Below, one piece after another: positions 1-10,368 of a DNA stretch of 64,000 nucleotides. The DNA comes from an uncultured Spirochaetia bacterium. Lineage in GTDB: Bacteria > Oederibacteriota > PGYV01 > Palsa-1178. How positions within the stretch are numbered: position 1 is the stretch's first letter; each line of letters opens with the position of its first letter. The position numbers and the translations under genes are program-made. The notes beneath the pieces were generated by a model, which was not told where the DNA came from, ran no database searches, and saw only the letters and a program-made list of their open reading frames with translations. Where the stretch lies: the NCBI GenBank assembly GCA_964443355.1, contig CAYUDX010000002.1, forward strand, positions 1,227 through 65,226, in the 5' to 3' direction.

Positions 1-236
1 AAAAAGTCGTGGGAGAATTTAAGATTGAAATTATTATTAATAAGAATTTAAAAGAATTATGGGCTGAAACAAAAAAACATGCAGGTATTACTGAAGAATA
101 TTTTCTAAAATATTTTGAAGGTAAAAGCAAAGGATATGCTATTAAGGTGCAAGATGTAGTAGAGTATAAAAAACCATTTAAATTAAAAGAGAAATTTGGA
201 TTAAATCCACCCCAATCTTTTGCATATGTTTCTTAG
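1..236 (+). CDS. 3' fragment of a hypothetical protein (ASCH-like C-terminus?), 5'-partial at the window edge
   Basis: Open frame from the window start to the stop at 234-236. Very AT-rich codon usage (~27% GC), unlike the rest of the window. Confidence 0.4.
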   Translation, partial: KVVGEFKIEIIINKNLKELWAETKKHAGITEEYFLKYFEGKSKGYAIKVQDVVEYKKPFKLKEKFGLNPPQSFAYVS

Positions 237-302
237 AAAAGCATCATTTGACATAACCTAGTCACGAGTTGTGTTGACAAGTTGTACCCCCCCCGCCCCA
301 TA

Positions 303-330
303 TTGACTTTACCCCCCCCTATTGTTATAA
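303..330 (+). promoter_or_regulatory. Sigma70-like promoter: TTGACT-16 bp-TATAAT
   Basis: TTGACT at 303-308 and TATAAT at 325-330, ~40 bp upstream of the RBS/ATG at 370. Confidence 0.55.
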
Positions 331-369
331 TGACCAATCAGGGCGAATCCTTAATTTCAGGAGGACTTA

Positions 370-1001
370 TGGCAACAAAGGAAAAGAAGAAATTCTCGTT
401 TGTTCAGGCGCAGATATTCATATTTGTTATTATCGGTATCGCTATCGGCGTTGTGATAAGCGCTGTTTATTATGACCAGCTTTTTGACCAGTTCATGGCC
501 CAAAAGCTGCGGTATATCGAGGATGACTGGTCAAAGACCGAGTATTTCGCAAATCGGCTCACAGACCAGGTCATTGCACTCAAAAAGCTCCTCGTGGCGG
601 ACAAGGTCAAGAAGGTGGACTATGAGCCTTTTGACAAGGCATTGGACCTTCGGAGCCGGATAATCGGCGGCGATACCCTCCAGGACAAAGTGCCTCTTTT
701 AAAGGAGCTTCTGGAGAACATCAACGCCATTATCACTTATTACAACTCGCGCATGGACTTGCGGAACAAACGCTTCTCCTATATCGAATGGGGGATGATA
801 ACGGGCGATTACGCCAAGGAATTCGAGGAAACGGTGCCTGAATACAACACCGACGCGGATGACTTTAACGGGAAGATAAAAATATTCCCTTACAGCTGGG
901 TCGCCCAGAAGAAAAAATACAAGGAATTGCCTTTGACTACGGAAGGCAAGATAACGCCGGTGCAGACGGCTACCGAGGAATATACGAGGGAAACCAAGTA
1001 G
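370..1001 (+). CDS. Membrane-anchored hypothetical protein (single N-terminal TM helix)
   Basis: AGGAGG RBS at 358-363 and ATG at 370. The hydrophobic segment IFIFVIIGIAIGVVISAVYY follows a KEKKK stretch. The ORF-track start at 282 lacks an RBS. Confidence 0.6.
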
Positions 1002-1437
1002 ACTTCCCCGGAGGAAAGTCCGGACTCTTTTGGAGCATGGTGCCCGCCGAAAGGCGGGGCGCGCGGGGACAAGACCGCGTGACGGATAGCGCAGCAGAAA
1101 ATATACCGCCGTTCGGCAGGTTTAAGGTTTCCTTCAGAATTGAAGTAAAGGTTGAGGGGAACCCTGAGCCTGTCGAAGGGTAAGGGTGAAAAGGTGGGGT
1201 AAGAGCCCACCGCGTTTTTCCGTGAGGAAGACGGCACTGCAAGCCCCTCCAGGAGCAAGGCCAAATAGAGGGCATATGCCGGAAAGGGAATATCCGAAAG
1301 GATCTTTACCTGCCGGCGGGGACGCTCCAATTCTTTTGCCCGGGTAGGCCGCATAGAGTAATTGCCGCCACTCGCCTTTAGCGCAAGCGATAAGGTGGGA
1401 ACAGAATCCGGCTTACGCACCGGCGTTGTCCTGCCTT
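945..1437 (+). ncRNA. rnpB: RNase P RNA (bacterial type A), rnpB
   Basis: P4 GGAGGAAAGTCCGG at 1010-1023. AAGGGTGAAAAGGTGGGGTAAGAGCCCACC, GGAGCAAGGCCAAATAGAGGG, CCCGGGTAGGCCGC and ACAGAATCCGGCTTA (1401-1415) all match the universally conserved M1 RNA segments. A ~20-bp P1 helix pairs 945-965 with 1416-1435, followed by a U-tract. Confidence 0.9.
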
Positions 1438-1467
1438 TTGTTACATAAAAAAATAAAAGGAACCCGA

Positions 1468-2277
1468 ATGTACAACTTTACAGACCTGCACCTGCATACT
1501 GCCTTTTCATGGGATGCCCAGCAGACCATCGAAGAGCTCAAGACAAAAGCCTTCAATGAGGACGTGAATTTCCTGGGGCTCACCGAACACCTCGATTTCC
1601 ACAACAACCACAAGCAGAGCTACCTCCACCTCGATTATCCCGCGTACACAAAGGCGGTCGAGTCGGCAAAGCGCGATTTCCCCGGTTTTATAAAGGGCGT
1701 GGAGGCCGGCGAGCCGCACATGCACAGGGAGCTTTACGAGAAATGGATGAAGGGCAAGGAGTTTGATTTTATCGCGGCTTCGGTCCACTGGATAGACGGC
1801 GCGACGCCGGTATTTGAGGAGTATTTCAAGAAATACCCCTCGTTCGACGACGCGTATAAGAAATATTTCGAGGAGATTTACAACCTGGTGAACTACGGCA
1901 ATTTCGACGTGGCCGCGCATCTGACCCTCGTGCACAGGCAGGGGGCCAGGCTTTACAGGGAATATTCATATGAAAAATACAAAAAAGAGATCGACGACAT
2001 ACTGAAGGTAATGATAAAAAAGGATATTTCCCTCGAGATAAACTGCTCCGGTATCAGGTTCCCGGCAAAGGCCCTCATTCCCGACGAGAGGGTCATAAAG
2101 GCTTACATCGACCTCGGCGGTAACAGTTTCACAGTGGGTTCAGATTCCCATTCCATCACCAACACATTTTTCGGACTGGGCGAGGGATACGGCGCGCTGG
2201 AGCGGCTCGGAGTTGAGGAAATAACTGTCTATGAGAAAAGGAAGAAGATAAAAATACCGCTGATAAAAGAAACATAA
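1468..2277 (+). CDS. PHP-domain phosphoesterase (histidinol-phosphatase HisJ-like family)
   Basis: The TDLHLHTAFSWDA...GLTEHLDF motif is the PHP H-x-H / E-H signature. AAAGGAA RBS precedes the ATG at 1468. Confidence 0.7.
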   Translation: MYNFTDLHLHTAFSWDAQQTIEELKTKAFNEDVNFLGLTEHLDFHNNHKQSYLHLDYPAYTKAVESAKRDFPGFIKGVEAGEPHMHRELYEKWMKGKEFDFIAASVHWIDGATPVFEEYFKKYPSFDDAYKKYFEEIYNLVNYGNFDVAAHLTLVHRQGARLYREYSYEKYKKEIDDILKVMIKKDISLEINCSGIRFPAKALIPDERVIKAYIDLGGNSFTVGSDSHSITNTFFGLGEGYGALERLGVEEITVYEKRKKIKIPLIKET

Positions 2278-2293
2278 AAATTTTTGATCCATT

Positions 2294-2316
2294 CCCTCTC
2301 CCTTGATGGGAGAGGG
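2294..2316 (+). terminator. GC-rich hairpin (CCCTCTCCC-ttgat-GGGAGAGGG) downstream of the PHP gene, no clear U-tract
   Basis: Perfect 9-bp inverted repeat 17 nt after the stop codon. Confidence 0.35.
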
Positions 2317-2393
2317 TTAGGGAGAGGGTGAAGGGATGTTTGAAAGGCCACCGACAAAGGCATGGTAATTTATTAAATAAAACGGAGATTATT

Positions 2394-3407
2394 TTGAAAA
2401 TATACAAGAACGCCATAAACGCCCAAAAACCTTTTGTCACCAAGGACGGGTCCATCATCCGCTCCATAATGGACTCCACCAACGGCGACGTGAAGAACGT
2501 CTCCCTCGCCGAGGCATCGCTCGCGCCGGGATTGGAGACGCTGGAGCACACGCACAAAAAAAGCGAGGAGATATATTATTTCACGCAGGGAAGCGGCATA
2601 ATGCTCCTGGCCAAAAAAAAGATACCCGTGAAATCCGGCGACGCCGTGCTTATACCCACAGGGACGCCCCACAAGATATTCAACACCGGGAAAAAAACAA
2701 TTAAACTTCTTTGCGCCTGCGCGCCACCTTATTCCCACTACGACACCTTCACCCTGGAAAACAGGTACAAACTGCTGGTATTTGATTTTGACGGCACGCT
2801 TGTGGATTCGGCAACCGGCATTTGGAAGACCGCAAACGAGATGGCTGACAAGTTCGGGATGAAACATTTTAAACGCGAACACGTCATAAGCGTGGTGGGC
2901 ACCGGACTGGACAGTTTTGTGAAGGACCTTTTCCCCGTGCAGGTAAAAAAGATGGGGGTTAAGGAGCTCATAAGGATATACCGCAAGAGTTACGACGTGA
3001 ATTACAAGGCGGGGCTGAAAATATTCAGGAACGTGAAAAAGACCCTGGCCTTCCTTTACGCCAGGGGGCTGTCGCTTGTCATCGTGTCGAACAAGCTCAA
3101 AAAATACGTGGACGACATAATAAAGGAAGTGGGCATAAGCGATTATTTTGACATGACCCTGGGCTCCGAGGATGTCCTCAGGATGAAACCCGACCCTTAT
3201 TCTGTCTATTACCTGATGAAAAAATACAGGGTCAAAAAACGCGACGTGCTGTTTATCGGCGACAGCGAGTACGACGCGCAGACCGCGGCCAATGCCGGGG
3301 TTGACTGCGTTTACCTCACATACGGCTATGCGAACAGGAAGATCATTGATAAGTTAAAACCCGCATATTCCTTTGATGATTTCGGAAAAATAAGCGATAT
3401 TGTGTAA
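2394..3407 (+). CDS. Cupin-domain / HAD-family phosphatase fusion protein
   Basis: N-terminal cupin motif (LEHTHKKSEEIYYFTQGSG...PTGTPHK). C-terminal HAD motifs (FDFDGTLVDS, SNK, GDSEYD). Probable TTG start at 2394 after GGAG; start uncertain (the track gives GTG 2328). Confidence 0.65.
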   Translation: MKIYKNAINAQKPFVTKDGSIIRSIMDSTNGDVKNVSLAEASLAPGLETLEHTHKKSEEIYYFTQGSGIMLLAKKKIPVKSGDAVLIPTGTPHKIFNTGKKTIKLLCACAPPYSHYDTFTLENRYKLLVFDFDGTLVDSATGIWKTANEMADKFGMKHFKREHVISVVGTGLDSFVKDLFPVQVKKMGVKELIRIYRKSYDVNYKAGLKIFRNVKKTLAFLYARGLSLVIVSNKLKKYVDDIIKEVGISDYFDMTLGSEDVLRMKPDPYSVYYLMKKYRVKKRDVLFIGDSEYDAQTAANAGVDCVYLTYGYANRKIIDKLKPAYSFDDFGKISDIV

Positions 3408-3525
3408 TCCCCAGAACCCCCTTTAATTACTGGAAAAGTGGGATATCCTGTGAAAAAACAATTATGAGCATTAAAAACCCCTTATATATATGGCGTTTTA
3501 TTATTTGACCTGTTGTGGGGCAATT

Positions 3526-3534
3526 GTGGATAAA
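3526..3534 (-). promoter_or_regulatory. Perfect DnaA box (TTATCCACA) on the minus strand
   Basis: tgtggataa at 3526-3534. Confidence 0.5.
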
Positions 3535-3563
3535 CAGGCTATAAAACATAAGTTGTTTTTAAG

Positions 3564-3572
3564 TTATCCACA
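3564..3572 (+). promoter_or_regulatory. Perfect DnaA box (TTATCCACA) on the plus strand
   Basis: ttatccaca at 3564-3572, ~150 bp upstream of the guaB start. Confidence 0.5.
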
Positions 3573-3632
3573 TGACTCACAGTATTAACTTTTTATTAAA
3601 AAAATTTCAACCCAAACAAAAATTAACAGTAG

Positions 3633-5213
<1,581 letters not shown>

Positions 5214-5237
5214 TTAAAAAAACAAAAAGGAAAAACC

Positions 5238-6785
5238 ATGAAATACGATACGATATTAATACTTGATTTCGGCTCGCAGTACACCCAGCTTATCGCGCGC
5301 AGGATAAGGGAACTCGACATATATTCCGAGATAGTCCCGTTCAACGTAAGCCTGGACAGGATTAAGGAAATGGCGCCCAAGGGCATTATTTTGTCCGGCA
5401 GCCCGGCCTCCATTTACGACAAAAAAGCGCCGATGCCGGACATGCGCCTTTTCGATCTCGGCATCCCGGTGCTGGGAATCTGCTACGGCATGCAGATCGT
5501 CGCGGAAAAATTCGGCGGCAAAGTGGAAAAGGGCGACCACAGGGAATACGGATTCACGGAACTTAACATCGTGGAAAAGGACCCCCTGCTGAAGGACCTT
5601 TTTGAAAAAGAGATAGTCTGGATGAGCCACGGCGACAAGCTCGTGAAAAAGCCGGCCTCTTTCAAAACGATAGCCAGAACCGACAATTCCGATTTCGCGG
5701 TGATATCGAACCTTGAGAAAAAAGTATGGGCCATTCAGTTCCACCCGGAAGTGGTGCACACAAAGAACGGCAAAGTTATCCTTGATAATTTTTCCACGGA
5801 CATATGCGGGGCAAGGCAGAACTGGACCCCCGAGTCCTACATAAAAGTCGCGGTCGAGGAGATAAGGAACAGGGTCGGCTCCGAGCGCGTGCTTTGCGCC
5901 GTATCCGGCGGGGTGGATTCCACCGTTGCCTCGGTGCTCATCTCAAGGGCGATAGGCGACAGGCTTACGTGCGTTTTTGTCGACAACGGGTTGTTGCGGC
6001 TCAACGAGGAAAAGAAAGTCATGGAAATGTTCAAGAAACTCGGCATAAAAGTGACGCTCATACGCGCGGCCGACGAGTTCCTGAAAAAGCTCAAGGGAGT
6101 CACGGATCCGGAGAAAAAAAGGAAGATAATCGGGAATTATTTTATAGAACTCTTTGAAAAGCACACGAAAAAATTAAAGGCAAAGATGGGGCGCTTCGAA
6201 TTTTTGGCGCAGGGCACGCTTTACCCGGACCTTATAGAGAGCGTATCGGTCAAGGGGCCCTCGGCAATGATAAAGTCCCACCACAACGTCGGCGGGCTCC
6301 CCGAAAAGATGGAAATGAAGCTCATCGAGCCGCTGAAATTCCTTTTCAAGGACGAGGTGAGGGAAATAGGGAAAAAGCTCGGCATTGCCCAGGACGTCCT
6401 CTGGCGCCAGCCGTTCCCGGGGCCGGGGCTCGCGGTAAGGATACTCGGCGACATCACGAAACAGAGGACCACGATACTCAAAAAAGCCGATGACATTATA
6501 ATAGATGAGATAAAGAAAGCCGGATTATACCACAAGATATGGCAGTCCTTCGGCGTGCTGTTGCCGGTAAAGACTGTGGGCGTAATGGGCGATTTGCGCA
6601 CATACGAGAACGTCATAGCGCTTCGCGCAGTGGACTCAAAGGACGGGATGACGGCAGAGTGGGTGAAGCTGCCTTACGATCTTTTAAACACAATAAGCTC
6701 GCGCGTGATCAACGAAGTTAAGGGAGTAAACAGGGTGGTTTACGACATATCCAACAAACCGCCGGCAACAATAGAGTGGGAGTAG
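5238..6785 (+). CDS. guaA: GMP synthase (glutamine-hydrolysing)
   Basis: [20 protein letters not shown] GATase N-terminus, SGGVDS PP-loop and a ...ATIEWE C-terminus. Confidence 0.95.
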   Translation: MKYDTILILDFGSQYTQLIARRIRELDIYSEIVPFNVSLDRIKEMAPKGIILSGSPASIYDKKAPMPDMRLFDLGIPVLGICYGMQIVAEKFGGKVEKGDHREYGFTELNIVEKDPLLKDLFEKEIVWMSHGDKLVKKPASFKTIARTDNSDFAVISNLEKKVWAIQFHPEVVHTKNGKVILDNFSTDICGARQNWTPESYIKVAVEEIRNRVGSERVLCAVSGGVDSTVASVLISRAIGDRLTCVFVDNGLLRLNEEKKVMEMFKKLGIKVTLIRAADEFLKKLKGVTDPEKKRKIIGNYFIELFEKHTKKLKAKMGRFEFLAQGTLYPDLIESVSVKGPSAMIKSHHNVGGLPEKMEMKLIEPLKFLFKDEVREIGKKLGIAQDVLWRQPFPGPGLAVRILGDITKQRTTILKKADDIIIDEIKKAGLYHKIWQSFGVLLPVKTVGVMGDLRTYENVIALRAVDSKDGMTAEWVKLPYDLLNTISSRVINEVKGVNRVVYDISNKPPATIEWE

Positions 6786-6901
6786 CGATTTCGCTGATGC
6801 GAAATCGCGGAGCAGTCGAACAGTTGAACAGTGGAACAGATTGAACGGGTGGACTCGGGCGACTGCGGTCAACCTGCTCAAAAAAAGAGGGAGATTAATA
6901 A

Positions 6902-8926
6902 ATGATTTCGTTCGGGCGCCACATTTGCAATGATTTCAACATCGCCATAGAGAAGGAATGGATCATCACCAATAAAATGGGGAGCTTCGCCTCCTCCACC
7001 ATACTCATGGCCAATACCAGGAAGCACCACGGGCTGCTTGTGGCGAAATACCCGGGCATAGACAACAGGATAGTGGTTTTTCCGAACTGCGACGAGGACG
7101 TGGAAATAGCAGGCCATATTTACAACATATCCACGCACAAATACCGCGAGACGGTCTACCCCAAGGGTTACTCGCACCTCGAGAGTTTTACCCTCAAGGA
7201 CGACGTCGTGACCATGCTCTTCCTCATAGACAACGTGCGCCTCAAGAAAGACATATTCCTCATGAAGGATTCCAACACGACGGTCATAACCTACACTGTG
7301 CTGACGCCGAATTCCTACGCAAAGCTCCACGTGAAGCCTTTCATAGCGTTCAGGGAGGCAGAGCATCTCATCAGGGAAATGGCCATATTCGACGCCAACA
7401 TCAACGTGTTGTCCAACGAAAAAATATCCATACAGCCTTACATGAACATACCCCCGGCGTATATTTACAACCCCGACAAGTGCGACTTCAAGCTCGAAGG
7501 CGTCTGGTACAGGGATTTCTTTTACATGCGCGAGGGGCAATCCGGATTCGATTCCATAGAGGATCTTTACAACATCGGGATATTCTCGCTCGACATCGAA
7601 TACAACAAGCCGAAATCCATAATATTCTCGACCGAGGACATGGAGCACGTAAATTCGGAGCAGTTAAGGCGCGAATACAAGAAGCAGATAAAAAAATCAA
7701 AGGACATATGCAGGGACGCGGGCGCGTGCGTGCGCGACGACGATTACAGGCAGAACGTGCAGGAGCTCATAACCGCTGCGGAATCCTTCGTCATAGAGGA
7801 CAATGAAAAAATGCCCATGGTCGTGGCGGGATACCCGTGGCCCCATTACATCTGGTTCAGGGACACATTTGCGTCGCTGCCCGGGCTTTTCCTTGTGCTG
7901 AAAAAATTCGACGAGGCCAGGCAGATACTGGCCGGGTCGATAAAGTTCGAGAAGAACGGACTTCTGCCGCTGAACATGACCATAAATAAAAAAGAGATAA
8001 AATACACATCCGTCGACACGACGCTGTGGTTCTTTTTCGCCCTTTACAAATACCTCGAATACACCAAGGATTACGCCCTGATAGACAGGAACGGCGAATT
8101 TTTCAAGCGCCTTACTTTCATAATCCAGAAGCACGTCGAAGGCACGGACTTCAACATCCACATGACCGACGACGGGCTGCTCTATGCCGGGTACCCCGGG
8201 CTCCAGCTTACGTGGATGGACACGAAGGTCGGCGGGACCACGCCCACGGCCAGGCAGGGAAAAGCCGTCGAGGTGAACGCCCTGTGGTACAACACCCTGA
8301 AGATCATGGAATATATATGCTCGCATAACGGCGAGTCAGGCATGGCCGCGGATTACGCAAAAATGGCCGGAAAAACCTACGAGAGTTTCAACGAGAAATT
8401 CTGGGACGAGGAAGCCGACTGCCTTTATGACTGCATAGAGGACGGCTTCAAGGACAACTCGGTAAGGCCCAACCAGATACTGGCAATAAGCCTGCCCTTC
8501 ATGCTGATAAACGACCCGGAAAAACGCGAGAAGATAATGAACACCATAATAAAGGAACTCTACACCTCCTTCGGGCTGCGCACGCTTTCCAACATGAATT
8601 CGAATTTCAAGTCGCGCTACGACGGCAGCCAGGGGGCCAGGGATTCCGCGGCGCACCAGGGGACCGTATGGGCCTGGACCACGGGACATTTTGTGACGGC
8701 TTACCTTAAGACCTACGGCCGCGGCAAGGATTCCATAGATTTCATCGAGACCGTTTACGAGCCGATATTCGAGCACCTGAAGACCGCCGGACTCGGCACC
8801 GTTTCGGAAATGTTCGACGGCAACTTCCCATATAACGCCCGCGGAAGGATATCCCACGCGTGGGCGGTCGCCGAGCTTCTTCGTTCGTACCTGGAGGATT
8901 ACTCAAGCGTCAACGAGAAGGAATAA
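6902..8926 (+). CDS. Glycogen debranching enzyme family protein (GDE_N + amylo-alpha-1,6-glucosidase domain)
   Basis: TRKHHGLL N-domain motif and the WFRDTFASLPGL catalytic-domain motif; 674 aa. Confidence 0.75.
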   Translation: MISFGRHICNDFNIAIEKEWIITNKMGSFASSTILMANTRKHHGLLVAKYPGIDNRIVVFPNCDEDVEIAGHIYNISTHKYRETVYPKGYSHLESFTLKDDVVTMLFLIDNVRLKKDIFLMKDSNTTVITYTVLTPNSYAKLHVKPFIAFREAEHLIREMAIFDANINVLSNEKISIQPYMNIPPAYIYNPDKCDFKLEGVWYRDFFYMREGQSGFDSIEDLYNIGIFSLDIEYNKPKSIIFSTEDMEHVNSEQLRREYKKQIKKSKDICRDAGACVRDDDYRQNVQELITAAESFVIEDNEKMPMVVAGYPWPHYIWFRDTFASLPGLFLVLKKFDEARQILAGSIKFEKNGLLPLNMTINKKEIKYTSVDTTLWFFFALYKYLEYTKDYALIDRNGEFFKRLTFIIQKHVEGTDFNIHMTDDGLLYAGYPGLQLTWMDTKVGGTTPTARQGKAVEVNALWYNTLKIMEYICSHNGESGMAADYAKMAGKTYESFNEKFWDEEADCLYDCIEDGFKDNSVRPNQILAISLPFMLINDPEKREKIMNTIIKELYTSFGLRTLSNMNSNFKSRYDGSQGARDSAAHQGTVWAWTTGHFVTAYLKTYGRGKDSIDFIETVYEPIFEHLKTAGLGTVSEMFDGNFPYNARGRISHAWAVAELLRSYLEDYSSVNEKE

Positions 8927-9475
8927 ATGCTCATAATAACCGCAAGCCCGAGAAAGAACTCCAACTCCACGGCCGCGGCGCTCTTTCTTGCCGGGCTTTC
9001 CGGCGCAAAATACGGGACAGTTGACGTCAACCGCCTTAAGATTCACCCCTGCAACGCATGCGGAAAATGCTCTATTGCCGGCGACTGTGTTTTTTATGAC
9101 GGCGGCGCACTCCTGATGGAAAAAGTAAAAAAAGCGCGCGCCGTCATTGTGGCTTCGCCCATATATTTTACGGGCGTTCCCGCGCCGCTCAAGGCCTTCA
9201 TAGACAGGAACCAGGCGGTGTGGAGCCTTTATCATGCCGGGAAAATAAAAAAGGCGGAAAAAAAGGACGGCATCATAGTCCTTACCGAGGGACATTCAAA
9301 GCCGAAATATTTCAAACCCGCCGAGAGCGAGATAAGGGCGTTCTTTGCGGTCAATGGCATAAAGACGGTGGCCGTGGTGAAATTAAAAAACATGGACGAG
9401 GCCGGGACGGCCCTTAAAAAAAGCGCGAACCGCGCAAAGCTGAAAAAAGCGGCCCTGCTCATGGGGGCGAAGTGA
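8927..9475 (+). CDS. Iron-sulfur flavoprotein (Isf)-like / NADPH-dependent FMN reductase family protein
   Basis: Flavodoxin-like fold motifs (IITASPRKNSNS, VIVASPIYF) plus a compact C-x2-C-x2-C-x5-C cluster (CNACGKCSIAGDC). Confidence 0.65.
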   Translation: MLIITASPRKNSNSTAAALFLAGLSGAKYGTVDVNRLKIHPCNACGKCSIAGDCVFYDGGALLMEKVKKARAVIVASPIYFTGVPAPLKAFIDRNQAVWSLYHAGKIKKAEKKDGIIVLTEGHSKPKYFKPAESEIRAFFAVNGIKTVAVVKLKNMDEAGTALKKSANRAKLKKAALLMGAK

Positions 9476-10353
9476 TGCTCGACAACGGGAACCTGAAGTC
9501 GTTCATAGGTTTTTTGCAGTATGAAAAGGGACTTTCGGAAAACACCGTGGAGGCCTACACATCCGACCTGAAATTATTCGACGCTTTCCTTGAAAAAACA
9601 AAACCCGCAAAAATAGACGAGGACACGCTTGTGGATTTCATATTTTATTTGAAGAGCTCGGCGCACATCAGCAGGTCTGTCGCGCGCGCACTTGTGGCGG
9701 TAAAGGGGTTTTACAGGTTCCTGACAATGACAGGGAAGATGAAAAATAGCCCTTTCGAGGAGATGGACTCATTCAAGGTAAAAGGGACCATTCCGGAAGT
9801 GCTCGCCGAGTCCGAGATAGAAAAGCTCCTGGCCGCGCCGGACATGACAAAAAAAGAGGGCATCAGGGACAAAGCCATCATGGAGCTCTTATATTCCGCG
9901 GGGCTGCGAGTCTCGGAGCTTGCCGGGCTTGAGCTAACAGACATCAACCTCGAGGAAAAAATGGTGCGCTGCTACGGCAAGGGGTCCAAGGAGCGCATGG
10001 TGCCGCTGGGCGATTACGCGGTGGATTCCCTAGCCGAATACATAGACATAAGGAAGGAATTTTTAAGGGATTTCTCGCAGCATCTGTTCCTTACCAGGCT
10101 GGGGAAAAAGTTCACGCGCGAGGGAGTCTGGAAGGTTGTAAAAGGATACGCAAAAAAAAGCGGCATAACCAAGGACGTTTACCCGCACATTTTCAGGCAT
10201 TCTTTCGCCACGCATTTGCTGGCCGGCGGCGCGGACCTGCGCAGCGTCCAGGAAATGCTGGGACACTCGGACATATCAACCACGCAGATATACACGCACG
10301 TTGACAGGACAAGGCTGAAAAAAATACACAAGCAGTTCCATCCGCGGGGATAG
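9472..10353 (+). CDS. Tyrosine site-specific recombinase, XerC/XerD family
   Basis: N-terminal SAM-like domain (FL.YE.GLSENTVEAY..DL) and a catalytic domain with RHSFATHLL...LGHSDISTTQIYTHV; 293 aa. Confidence 0.85.
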   Translation: MMLDNGNLKSFIGFLQYEKGLSENTVEAYTSDLKLFDAFLEKTKPAKIDEDTLVDFIFYLKSSAHISRSVARALVAVKGFYRFLTMTGKMKNSPFEEMDSFKVKGTIPEVLAESEIEKLLAAPDMTKKEGIRDKAIMELLYSAGLRVSELAGLELTDINLEEKMVRCYGKGSKERMVPLGDYAVDSLAEYIDIRKEFLRDFSQHLFLTRLGKKFTREGVWKVVKGYAKKSGITKDVYPHIFRHSFATHLLAGGADLRSVQEMLGHSDISTTQIYTHVDRTRLKKIHKQFHPRG

Positions 10354-10368
10354 GACGCGTTGTTCTGT

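Noticed and set aside
890-1420. 176-aa and 101-aa minus-strand ORFs (890..1420, 970..1275)
   Set aside because: They are translations of the antisense of the RNase P RNA gene, and they show no protein-like features.
6878-7648. 256-aa minus-strand ORF inside the glycogen-debranching-enzyme gene. Similar long antisense ORFs occur at 3689..4492, 14838..15977, 22828..23574, 32492..33412 and 35020..35727.
   Set aside because: Each overlaps a plus- or minus-strand gene that has strong homology-level motifs. All are low-complexity, with no start context.
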